Assembly: GCF_035084215.1 (NCBI RefSeq)
Contig: NW_027139272.1
Location: forward strand, 372,001-436,000
Direction of reading: 5' to 3'
From: Heptranchias perlo
Taxonomy: Eukaryota
Length of the DNA: 64,000 bases
This document shows, one piece after another, positions 39,101 to 49,618 of the stretch. Both the position numbers and the translations under genes were made by a program. Every line of letters starts with the position of its first letter. Position 1 is the first letter of the stretch. Below the pieces are notes generated by a model. It had not been told where the DNA came from and searched no databases. It saw nothing but the letters and a program-made list of their open reading frames with translations.

Positions 39101-42100
39101 TACATTTACCATAAACCTCTCCCCTGGTGAACACTGATAGATTTACCCTAATCCCCTTTCTCAGTCAACACCGATAGATTTACCATAACCCCCTCTCCTG
39201 GTAAACACCGATAGATTTACCCGAATCCCCTCTCTCGGTAAACACCGATAGATTTACCGCAATACACTCTCCCGGTAAACACCGATAGATATACCGCAAT
39301 ACACTCTCCCGGTAAACACCAATAGATATACCGCAATACACTCTCCCGGTAAACACCGATAGATATACCGCAATACACTCTCCCGGTAAACACCGATAGA
39401 TATACCGCAATACACTCTCCGGGTATACACCGATAGATATACCGCAATACACTCTCCCGGTAAACACCAATAGATATACCACAATACACCCTCCCGGTAA
39501 ACACCGATAGATAAACCGCAATACACTCTCCCGGTAAACACCAATAGATAAACCGCAATACACTCTCCGAGTAAGCACCGATAGATATACCATAAACCTC
39601 TCCCCTGGTAAACACTGGTAGATTTACCATAAACCTCTCCCCTGGTAAACACTGGTAGATTTACCATAAACCTCTCCCCTGGTAAACACTGGTAGATTTA
39701 CCATAAACCTCTCCCCTGGTAAACACTGGCAGATTTACCATAAACCTCTCCCCTGGTAAACACCAGTAGATTTACCATAAACCTCTCCCCTGGTAAACAC
39801 CAGTAGATTTACCATAAACCTCTCCCCTGGTAAACACCAGTAGATTTACCATAAACCTCTCCCCTGGTGAACACTGATAGATTTACCCTAATCCCCTTTC
39901 TCAGTCAACACCGATAGATTTACCATAACCCCGTCTCCTGGTAAACACCGATAGATTTACCCGAATCCCCTCTCTCGGTAAACACCGATAGATTTACCGC
40001 AATACACTCTCCCGGTAAACACCGATAGATATACCGCAATACACTCTCCCGGTAAACACCAATAGATATACCGCAATACACTCTCCCGGTAAACACCGAT
40101 AGATATACCGCAATACACTCTCCCGGTAAACACCGATAGATATACCGCAATACACTCTCCCGGTAAACACCGATAGATATACCACAATACACTCTCCCGG
40201 TAAACACCAATAGATATACCACAATACACCCTCCCGGTAAACACCGATAGATAAACCGCAATACACTCTCCCGGTAAACACCAATAGATAAACCGCAATA
40301 CACTCTCCTAGTAAGCACCGATAGATATACCATAAACCTCTCCCCTGGTAAACACTGGTAGATTTACCATAAACCTCTCCCCTGGTAAACACTGGTAGAT
40401 TTACCATAAACCTCTCCCCTGGTAAACACCAGTAGATTTACCATAAACCTCTCCCCTGGTAAACACCAGTAGATTTACCATAAACCTCTCCCCTGGTAAA
40501 CACCAGTAGATTTACCATAAACCTCTCCCCTGGTGAACACTGATAGATTTACCCTAATCCCCTTTCTCAGTCAACACCGATAGATTTACCATAACCCCCT
40601 CTCCTGGTAAACACCGATAGATTTACCCGAATCCCCTCTCTCGGTAAACACCGATAGATTTACCGCAATACACTCTCCCGGTAAACACCGATAGATATAC
40701 CGCAATACACTCTCCCGGTAAACACCAATAGATATACCGCAATACACTCTCCCGGTAAACACCGATAGATATACCGCAATTCACTCTCCCGGTAAACACC
40801 GATAGATATACCGCAATACACTCTCCCGGTATACACCGATAGATATACCGCAATACACTCTCCCGGTAAACACCAATAGATATACCACAATACACCCTCC
40901 CGGTAAACACCGATAGATAAACCGCAATGCACTCTCCCGGTAAACACCAATAGATAAACCGCAATACACTCTCCTAGTAAGCACCGATAGATATACCATA
41001 AACCTCTCCCCTGGTAAACACTGGTAGATTTACCATAAACCTCTCCCCTGGTAAACACTGGTAGATTTACCATAAACCTCTCCCCTGGTAAACACTGATA
41101 GATTTACCATAAACCTCTCCCCTGGTAAACACCAGTAGATTTACCATAAACCTCTCCCCTGGTGAACACTGATAGATTTACCCTAATCCCCTTTCTCAGT
41201 CAACACCGATAGATTTACCATAACCCCGTCTCCTGGTAAACACCGATAGATTTACCCGAATCCCCTCTCTCGGTAAACACCGATAGATTTACCGCAATAC
41301 ACTCTCCCGGTAAACACCGATAGATATACCGCAATACACTCTCCCGGTAAACACCAATAGATATACCGCAATACACTCTCCCGGTAAACACCAATAGATA
41401 TACCGCAATACACTCTCCCGGTAAACACCAATAGATAAACCGCAATACACCCTCCCGGTAAACACCAATAGATAAACCGCAATACACTCTCCCGGTAAAC
41501 ACCAATAGATATACCGCAATACACTCTCCCGGTAAACACCGATAGATTTACCCTAATCCCCTCTCTCCTGGTAAACACCGATAGATTTACCCAAATCCCC
41601 TCTCTCGGTAAACACCGATAGATTTACCCCAATCCCCTCTCTCGGTAAACACCGATTGATTTACCCTAATCCCCTCTCTCCTGGTAAACACCGATAGATT
41701 TACCTCAATCCACTCTCTCGGTGAACACCGATAGATTTACCCTAATCCCCTCTCCTGGTAAACACCGATAGATTTACCCTAATCCCCTCTCTCCTGGTAA
41801 ACACCGATAGATTTACCCAAATCCCCTCTCTCGGTAAACACCGATAGATTTACCCTAATCCCCTCTCTCGGTGAACACCGATAGATTTACCCTAATCCCC
41901 TCTCTCGGTGAACACCGATAGATTTACCCTAATCCCCTCTCTCGGTGAACACCGATAGATTTACCCTAATCCCCTCTCTCGGTGAACACCGATAGATTGA
42001 GCCTAATCCCCTCTCTCGGTGAACACCGATAGATTTACCCGAATCCCCTCTCTCCTGGTAAACACCGATAGATTTACCCTAATCCCCTCTCTCGGTGAAC

Positions 42101-42376
42101 ACCGATAGATTTACCCTAATCCCCTCTCTCCTGGTAAACACCGATAGATTTACCCTAATCCCCTCTCTCGGTGAACACCGATAGATTTACCCTAATCCCC
42201 TCTCTCGGTGAACACCGATAGATTTACCCTAATCCCCTCTCTCGGTGAACACCGATAGATTTACCCTAATCCCCTCTCTCTGTAAACACTGATAGATTTA
42301 CCCTAATCCCCTCTCTCGGTGAACACCGATAGATTTACCCTAATCCCCTCTCTCGGTGAACACCGATAGATTTACC
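21186..42376. repeat. ~21-kb satellite, 37-bp unit (39-bp variants), roughly 565 copies, three monomer types in higher-order blocks
   Basis: Type A ctctcccggtaaacaccgatagatataccgcaataca; type B cctctcccctggtaaacactggtagatttaccataaa; type C cccctctctcggtaaacaccgatagatttaccctaat. Confidence 0.97.
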
Positions 42377-42657
42377 ATGTGAGGTTTGATGTTATCTCTG
42401 TTGTCTGCAGCTGTTCTGATGACACAGTGAGTTTATGAAATAGGTGGTTGAGCCCCAGAGGAAGATTGCAGGTTCCATCCTTGGTCTGTTTTAATCAGCT
42501 GGTCATCCCCATAACTATTACTGAGGAGTCAGGGCCGTCTGGGGCAGCCCCATTCGCAATGGGAAGGACTGCGAGCAGTCTCTGGATTTCTCCCTACGCC
42601 CTGCAATATGGTATTCACTTCATGAACCTCAGACAGTTGAAAGGCTGAGTGGACGTT

Positions 42658-42722
42658 GTTGGGATTCAAACCTGGGACCCTTAACCCCTTCGTCCAGCTC
42701 TCAACCAGCTGAGCTACCCAAC
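42658..42722 (-). pseudogene. tRNA-like relic (SINE head or tRNA pseudogene)
   Basis: Minus strand gttgggTAGCTCAGCTGGttgagagc...GGTTTGAATCCcaac has A and B boxes and 6-bp terminal pairing; the anticodon arm is degenerate. Confidence 0.4.
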
Positions 42723-43139
42723 GCTCTGAAGGAACGTAGACCTGTTGAGCTGAGATTATCGGGGCCCTGGGCCACTGGCAGAGCCTTGCACACAGTGTGT
42801 GGATCATTGGAGGTGTCCACAATTCTTGGTCCATTGCCATTAATGAATGGAAAATCACGGGCAGTGGGCCGACTATTTACTGATAAACTGCCCTCTGGGG
42901 GTGAGGTCCCATCGCTGGAGCAGGGACTCCGAAAATACCACCGCCCCCACCCCCCTTCAATGCCGCAACCAACTGGAGAGACATGCACAAGGATCAAACT
43001 TCGATAAACTCTGCACACGGAGACTCATTTGTATTTTTATTATAAAGCCGGACATGATCTCCTTTAAGGATGAAGTGAAATCATTCATTCAATGTGTATC
43101 TAATACGTGAGGTCATTACAGTGAACATAAAAACAAGTC

Positions 43140-43843
43140 TCCCACTCTGACCCGACTGAATCCCACTCCCCACTCTGACCCGACTGAGACCCACTCCCCA
43201 CTCTGACCCGACTGAGCCCCACTCCCCACTCTGACCCGACAGAGCCCCACTCCCCACTCTGACCCGACTGAATCCCACTCCCCACTCTGACCCGACAGAG
43301 CCCCACTCCCCACTCTGACCCGACTGAGCCCCACTCCCCACTCTGACCCGACAGAGCCCCACTCCCCACTCTGACCCGACTGAGTCCCACTCCCCACTCT
43401 GACCCGACTGAGTCCCACTCCCCACTCTGACCCGACTGAGTCCCACTCCCCACTCTGACCCGACTGAGTCCCACTCCCCACTCTGACCCGACTGAGTCCC
43501 ACTCCCCACTCTGACCCGACTGAATCCCACTCCCCACTCTGACCCGACTGAGCCCCACTCCCCACTCTGACCCGACTGAATCCCACTCCCCACTCAGACC
43601 CGACCGAGCCCCACTCCCCACTCTGACCCGACTGAGTCCCACTCCCCACTCTGACCCGACTGAGCCCCACTCCCCACTCACACCCGACTGAGCCCCACTC
43701 CCCACTCTGACCCGACTGAGTCCCACTCCCCACTCTAACCCGACTGAGGCCCACTCCCCACTCTGACCCGACTGAGTCCCACTCCCCACTCTGACCCGAC
43801 TGAATCCCACTCCCCACTCTGACCCGACTGAGGCCCACTCCCC
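43140..43843. repeat. 28-bp minisatellite, about 25 copies
   Basis: (cccactctgacccgactgagtcccactc)n. Confidence 0.93.
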
Positions 43844-44637
43844 AATTAATTCCTATCCCCTATGGACCCACAAATAACAAGAATTGCTTGAGACGGCCCT
43901 AAACTCTCCTCACATGAAACCTTTATCGACCTTTCATCTGGGTTGTATTTGAACTCAGGTGAAAGACAGATTTTCTTATAAACCTCCCCAGTTTAGTAAT
44001 AGAAGAATCTTTCTGTACCTTAACACACAGAGGAAAATATTCCCCAATTGATGTGATTTTCTTTATGGATCCTCTATCTCCTGTGGCATTTCTAGCCTGG
44101 GCCAAGTTAGCTGATCTGAGCACCAATCATTCTCGGCTCTCCCTGGGCTGGGGGTGAGTCAGACTCTGAGCTACGGTTCCTGGTCCTGATCCCTCGCCCG
44201 TGTGGGAATCCGGTGGGGCCCAGGTCAGGCTGAGCTGTGATGCCTTCCACAGTCGAATAATAGCTTGCCAGCAGTCCCCGTGCAGGCTGATATATGAAGG
44301 TCGGCCATGTGGGTAAGATTCTGAAGGTACTAGGGCTCCATTGGAATCAGATCAGAGCAAGGTATCAATACCCCTGTATCAAGAGAAGGGGAAATGTTGA
44401 TAAAGGTGAACGATTCCCCTGCGGGATTGTGGAGGGGGCGAGTCAGAGGATATACTGTTTCGTAAAGAGGGGTGTTATCGGCAAGATATGAGGGGGGAAC
44501 GTGTCCCCAGAAGGAATTGTGTACTGTATGCAAAGCCGATAACACCTTCTCGATATATCACCTTGGATTTCAGTATTTTCATGTTCCAGTTATAATTGTC
44601 GAATGTTTATAACGTTCTCCCTGTCTATTATTAAAAG

Positions 44638-45176
44638 TGCTGGCTCTGATCACTCTCGATCCCAGAACCGGGCAGTCCAGGCTTGTAGTACCTGAGGACC
44701 TGACCATGGTGGACGCCAATGATCTGAGCCAATAACCTAAACAACGTCTGCCAGGGGTATGAGCAGTGCACCTGCGTTCTGAGCAGCCAGGGATTCACCT
44801 CAGGGAATCACTACTGGGAGATGGAGGCGGCCAACAAGACCGACTGGGACTTGGGACTGGCCCAGGAGACGGCTAACAGGAAGGGGCAGATCACGCTGAC
44901 CCTCGATTGGGTAGTGGACCATCTGTCAGAGGTACGAGCACATCGAAGGGGCTCTGACCTCACCCTCCACTGTCCTCAAACTAACAACCAAGCCCAGGAA
45001 GATCAGGGTCTATGAGGGAGGACAGGTGTCCTTTTACAATGCTGATGACATGTTCCATCTCTGCACTTTTTCACTCACACGTTCAAAGACAAACTGTTCC
45101 CTTTCTTTAATCCTTGGTTGAACAAAAGTAGGAGAAACACGGAACCTCTTTTAAACGGCGTCATTTGAAACTGTAA
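44638..45176 (+). pseudogene. Second TRIM pseudogene: frameshifted PRY-SPRY exon
   Basis: ITLDPRTGQSRLVVPEDLT / CTCVLSSQGFTSGNHYWEMEAANKTDWDLGLAQETANRKGQITL / [14 protein letters not shown] / [12 protein letters not shown] / RHLKL*, split across frames by several indels and stops. Confidence 0.88.
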
Positions 45177-46624
45177 TGAGTTAACGGGGCCGAATTCTCC
45201 TGGAGAGGTAACGGGGGGCTCACGACACACGTCGTTATTAATGCACAAATCGGCCAGCAAGGTCAGGGGATTAAGAGACACACCGTGAGATGCAAATCTC
45301 CGGAATTTGCTGGTCGATTTACGCCGTTCCACCATTTGCTTCTCACGACCTCAACCTCCGTTATTTTTAAGAACTTGCTGGATTTGCACATTAATCGCCC
45401 GTTAAACTCGCCTCAAAGTCAGGGCTGGAACTTAACATCGTAAATACCCTCTTAACAATGTGAGAATTGTTAATGCCAATCAATCTCTCCAGCCCAGAAA
45501 GGGGACGATTTAAACAAGTGAATCTCACCCGGCAGGTAGTAAATTCTTCTGAGAGATTTTTAAAATTTAAAATTTTACTTTTTTTTTCTTACTTTTCCTT
45601 TCTGTCTCTTTTTAATCCAATATTTTCTTCCCCCTTTATTTCTCTTTCAGTCCCTGATTTGACACTAATTCACTCTGTCGTTCCTCTGATTCTTTTTTCA
45701 ATCCTTAAATCTCAATGGTTAAGGAGATGGACTTTTGGTCTCGACGGTCACTGAGGTCCCAGATTCCCCTTTGCCCTCTCCGTGCCCGTTATCAGCTCGC
45801 ACTTCCAGAAAGTTGACTGCACACGAGGTGATATCCAGTATGGGGTTATCGTTAAGTCTTTTCACACTAGGCCTCTGTAACCATCTCCCATCACCATAAG
45901 CATCAATTATATGTTGCCCACTTAAACTGTATGAAGTAGGCCGACTATTTCGGGCAGTTCAAACAGCTGTTCGCACATCTGTAAAGGGCGATCACCTGTC
46001 ATTAAGTCCTTCCAGGCAGCCCCCGCTGCCATCTGTCACCCCCCCATCCCGCGCCCCTCCATGGCCGCTATAACTCCTGCGATTACTTCTCACAAATATT
46101 TACCTGCTGTGGTGGTGGAGTGGGCCGCAGGTGAAACTGGCCAGGACCGCTGCGTGTTTCAGCCCGAACTCCAGAACCTCTTTAGCTGAACGCTCCCCGT
46201 ATCCCCACTCGGAGCAGTAGATACGCAGAGTAAACTCTCATCACGAGTAATGAATCTTACATTAATCGGCTACTTTCGAAACTTCACCAGGAAACCCACC
46301 CCGGCTGCAATGGCGAGAGTAGAGTAAAGGGTCACACTCACAGCATGGCAACGGCCAATCACAAACCAACAATTGATGCTGTCGCCAGTTTTTAAATCTA
46401 AACTTGAGTGACGTGAGTTTACAAAATATATCTCGAAAATACCAACAGGTTTCAAGAGGCCTGACCCTGATCAGTGTGAGGATACAGCACAAACCCTCGC
46501 CATGCTTCCCACCACCTCCAGGGGCTCGGCCATCAGGTCACATCGTCCACCGCGAATAGCAGGTGAATCCCCCTCGCACGAACCCGTCTATTATAAGTGG
46601 TGGGGACTCGACCACCACCCAACG

Positions 46625-48309
46625 GTGTCAGCTATGGCTCAGTGGGTAGCACTCTCCTCTCTCAGTCACAAGGTCATGGGATCAAGTCCCACTTCAGAGA
46701 CTTGAGCACAAAATCTAGCCTGACACACCGAGTGCAATGCTGAGGGAGCACTGCACTGTCAGAGGGGCAGTACTGAGGGAGCACTGCGCTGTCAGAGGGG
46801 CAGTACTGAGGGAGTGCTGCAATGTCAGAGGGGCAGTGCTGAGGGAGTGCTGCACTGTCAGAGGGGCAGTACTGAGGGAGTGCTGCAATGTCAGAGGGGC
46901 AGTGCTGAGGGAGTGCTGCACTGTCAGAGGGGCAGTACTGAGGGAGTGCTGCACTGTCAGAGGGGCAGTACTGAGGGAGTGCTGCACAGTCGGAGGGCAG
47001 TACTGAGGGAGTGCTGCACAGTCAGAGGGGCAGTGCTGAGGGAGTGCTGCACAGTCGGAGGGCAGTACTGAGGGAGTGCTGCACAGTCGGAGGGCAGTAC
47101 TGAGGGAGTGCTGCACAGTCGGAGGGCAGTACTGAGGGAGCGCTGCACAGTCAGAGGGGCAGTGCTGAGGGAGTGCTGCACAGTCGGAGGGCAGTACTGA
47201 GAGAGTGCTGCACAGTCGGAGGGGCAGTACTGAGGGAGTGCTGCACAGTCGGAGGGCAGTACTGAGAGAGTGCTGCACTGTCAGAGGGGCAGTACTGAAG
47301 GAGTGCTGCACAGTCGGGTCGGAGGGGCAGTGCTGAGAGAGTGCTGCACTGTCAGAGGGGCAGTACTGAGGGAGCACTGTGCTGTCAGAGGGGCAGTACT
47401 GAGAGAGCACTGCGCTGTCGGAGGTGCAGTACTGAGAGAGTGCTGCACAGTCGGAGCGCAGTACTGAGGGAGCGCTGCACAGTCGGAGGGCAGTACTGAG
47501 GGAGTGCTGCACAGTCGGAGGGCAGTACTGAGGGAGTGCTGCACAGTCGGAGGGCAGTACTGAGGGAGTGCTGCACAGTCGGAGGGCAGTACTGAGGGAG
47601 CGCTGCACAGTCAGAGGGGCAGTGCTGAGGGAGCGCTGCACTGTCGGAGGGTCAGTCCTGAGGGAGCGCTGCACTGTCGGAGGGTCAGTACTGAGGGAGC
47701 GCTGCACTGTCGGAGGGTCAGCACTGAGGGAGCGCTGCACTGTCGGAGGGTCAGTACTGAGGGAGTGCTGTACTATCTGAGGGTCAGTACTGAGGGAGTG
47801 CTGTACTATCTGAGGGACAGTACTGAGGGAGTGCTGCACTGACGGGGTGCCATCTTTCGGATGAGATGTTAAACCGAGGCCCTGTCTAACCTCTCTGGCA
47901 GACGTAAAAGATCCCATAACACTATTTCGACCACCCACTGAGCAATAGCTGACACCGTTGGGTGGTGGTAGACGGGTTCGTGCGAGGGGGATTCACCTGC
48001 TATTCGCAGTGGACGATGTAACCTGATGGCCGAGCCCCTGGAGGTGGTGGGAAGCATGGCGAGGGTTTGTGCTGTATCCTGTTCTCCCTGGTGTCCTGGC
48101 CAATATTTATCCCTCAACCAACATCACTGAAAAACAGATAATCTGCTCATTATCACGTTGCTGTTTGTGGGATCTTGCTGAGTGTAAATCGGCTGCCTGT
48201 TTACTACATGACAACAGTGACTACACTTCAAAAGTACTTCATTGGCTGTAAAGGTTTGGGACGACCTATGGTCGTGAAAGGCGCTATATAAATGCAAGTA
48301 CTTTCTTTC
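46625..48309 (+). mobile_element. tRNA-derived Deu-domain SINE (SacSINE1/AmnSINE-like) with an internal 31/33-bp tandem expansion
   Basis: tRNA head tggctcagtgggtagc...gggatcaagtcccac; Deu core ctttcggatgagatgttaaaccgaggccc; L2-like tail ggcgctatataaatgcaagt. Confidence 0.8.
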
Positions 48310-48535
48310 AATCCAATTGTCCCCTCTCGGTGGGAGCGAACCTTTGGCTTAACTGTAGAATTCTTGCCCCTGAGTCAGGAAGGGCAGGGTTTGAGCCCCA
48401 GTCCCAGCGAGTGGAGACTCACCCTGAATTCTGGGTTGACATCTAGCAGAATACTTGCCTCTGGTGTGTGGGTGTGGGTTGTGGGAACTTTTGCTGTATA
48501 GGACAAACCACAGCTGGTATAAACATGGGTATGGC

Positions 48536-49056
48536 CAGGTACACCATGGGCTAGATAGAGTGAATCTCCCTCGACACTGTCCCATCAAACACTCCCAGGG
48601 CAGGTACACCATGGGCTAGATAGAGTGAATCTCCCTCTACACTGTCCCATCAAACACTCCCAGGGCAGGTACAGCATGGGTTAGATAGAGTGAATCTCCC
48701 TCTACACTGTCCCATCAAACACTCCCAGGGCAGGTACAGCATGGGTTAGATACAGAGTAAAGCTCCCTCTACACTGTCCCATCAAACACTCCCAGGGCAG
48801 GTACAGCATGGGTTAGATACAGAGTAAAGCTTCCTCTACACTGTCACATCAAACACTCCCACGGCAGGTACAGCATGGGTTAGATACAGAGTAAAGCTTC
48901 CTCTACACTGTCCCATCAAACACTCCCAGGGCAGGTACAGCATGGGTTAGATACAGAGTAAAGCTTCCTCTACACTGTCCCATCAAACACTCCCAGGGCA
49001 GGTACAGCACGGGTTAGATACAGGGTAAAGCTCCCTCTGCACTGTCCCATCAAACA
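48536..49056. repeat. 65-67-bp minisatellite, about 8 copies
   Basis: (ctctacactgtcccatcaaacactcccagggcaggtacagcatgggttagatacagagtaaagctcc)n. Confidence 0.92.
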
Positions 49057-49340
49057 TCTGAAGATGGAGCACAGGTGATATTCTGGGTGGTCCTGGCACG
49101 TACACCAGTTAAGAGTTTGCAACTTCAGGAGAATATGGGAGGAGAATGGAAGAAAATATATCGTTCGTGGAATTAACTCCTGAAAATGGATCTTGTTGGT
49201 CAGCAGGTGAGGAACCTGCTGTTCTCTGCTCGTCTCTGACATTGTCTGTCTCTGCTGGACTCTGTCGCTTTCTGCTGGTCTCTGCCAGTCCCTTCTGGTC
49301 TCTGATATTCTCTGCTGGTCACTGCAGAACTCTGCTGGTC

Positions 49341-49618
49341 TTACTGGTCTCTGCCGGTCACTGCAGGACTCTGCCGGTCTCTGCTCATCACGGCAGGACT
49401 CTGCCAGTTTCTACTGGTCTCTGATGGGTTTTGCTGGTCTCTGATGGGCTTTGCTGGTCTCTGATGGGCTCTGCTGGTCTCTGATGGGCTCTGCTGGTCT
49501 CTCCTGTTTTGCCTCTTGCTCCAGAAGCCAATTCCGACGATGATGCCAAGAAGAGTGAGTGAGACGGCTGCTGCTCCAGTCCCAATCCCGACATTCGTGC
49601 CTCCTTCTGTCGCCCTCT
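49341..49618 (-). CDS. MHC class I transmembrane and cytoplasmic exon (absent from the ORF track)
   Basis: ttcaatag|AG AGG GCG in phase 1 reads ERATEGGTNVGIGTGAAAVSLTLLGIIVGIGFWSKRQNRRDQQSPSE...GRDQ*: a hydrophobic TM followed by a basic stop-transfer. The 3' end is uncertain because a possible donor (gtaaga) overlaps the stop. Confidence 0.75.

Noticed and set aside
21056-41578. Dozens of minus-strand ORFs (VFTGRVYCGISIGVYRESVLRYIY...)
   Set aside because: They are translations of the stop-free type A monomer in all three frames.
21186-42376. 37-bp partly palindromic repeats suggesting a CRISPR array
   Set aside because: Units are head-to-tail with no unique spacers, there are no cas genes, and the context is intron-containing vertebrate DNA.
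22845-42376. CCCTAA in type C monomers as interstitial telomere
   Set aside because: One hexamer per unit, never tandem (CCCTAA)n.
46715-47938. 407-aa ORF and neighbours
   Set aside because: Same SINE-derived tandem array.
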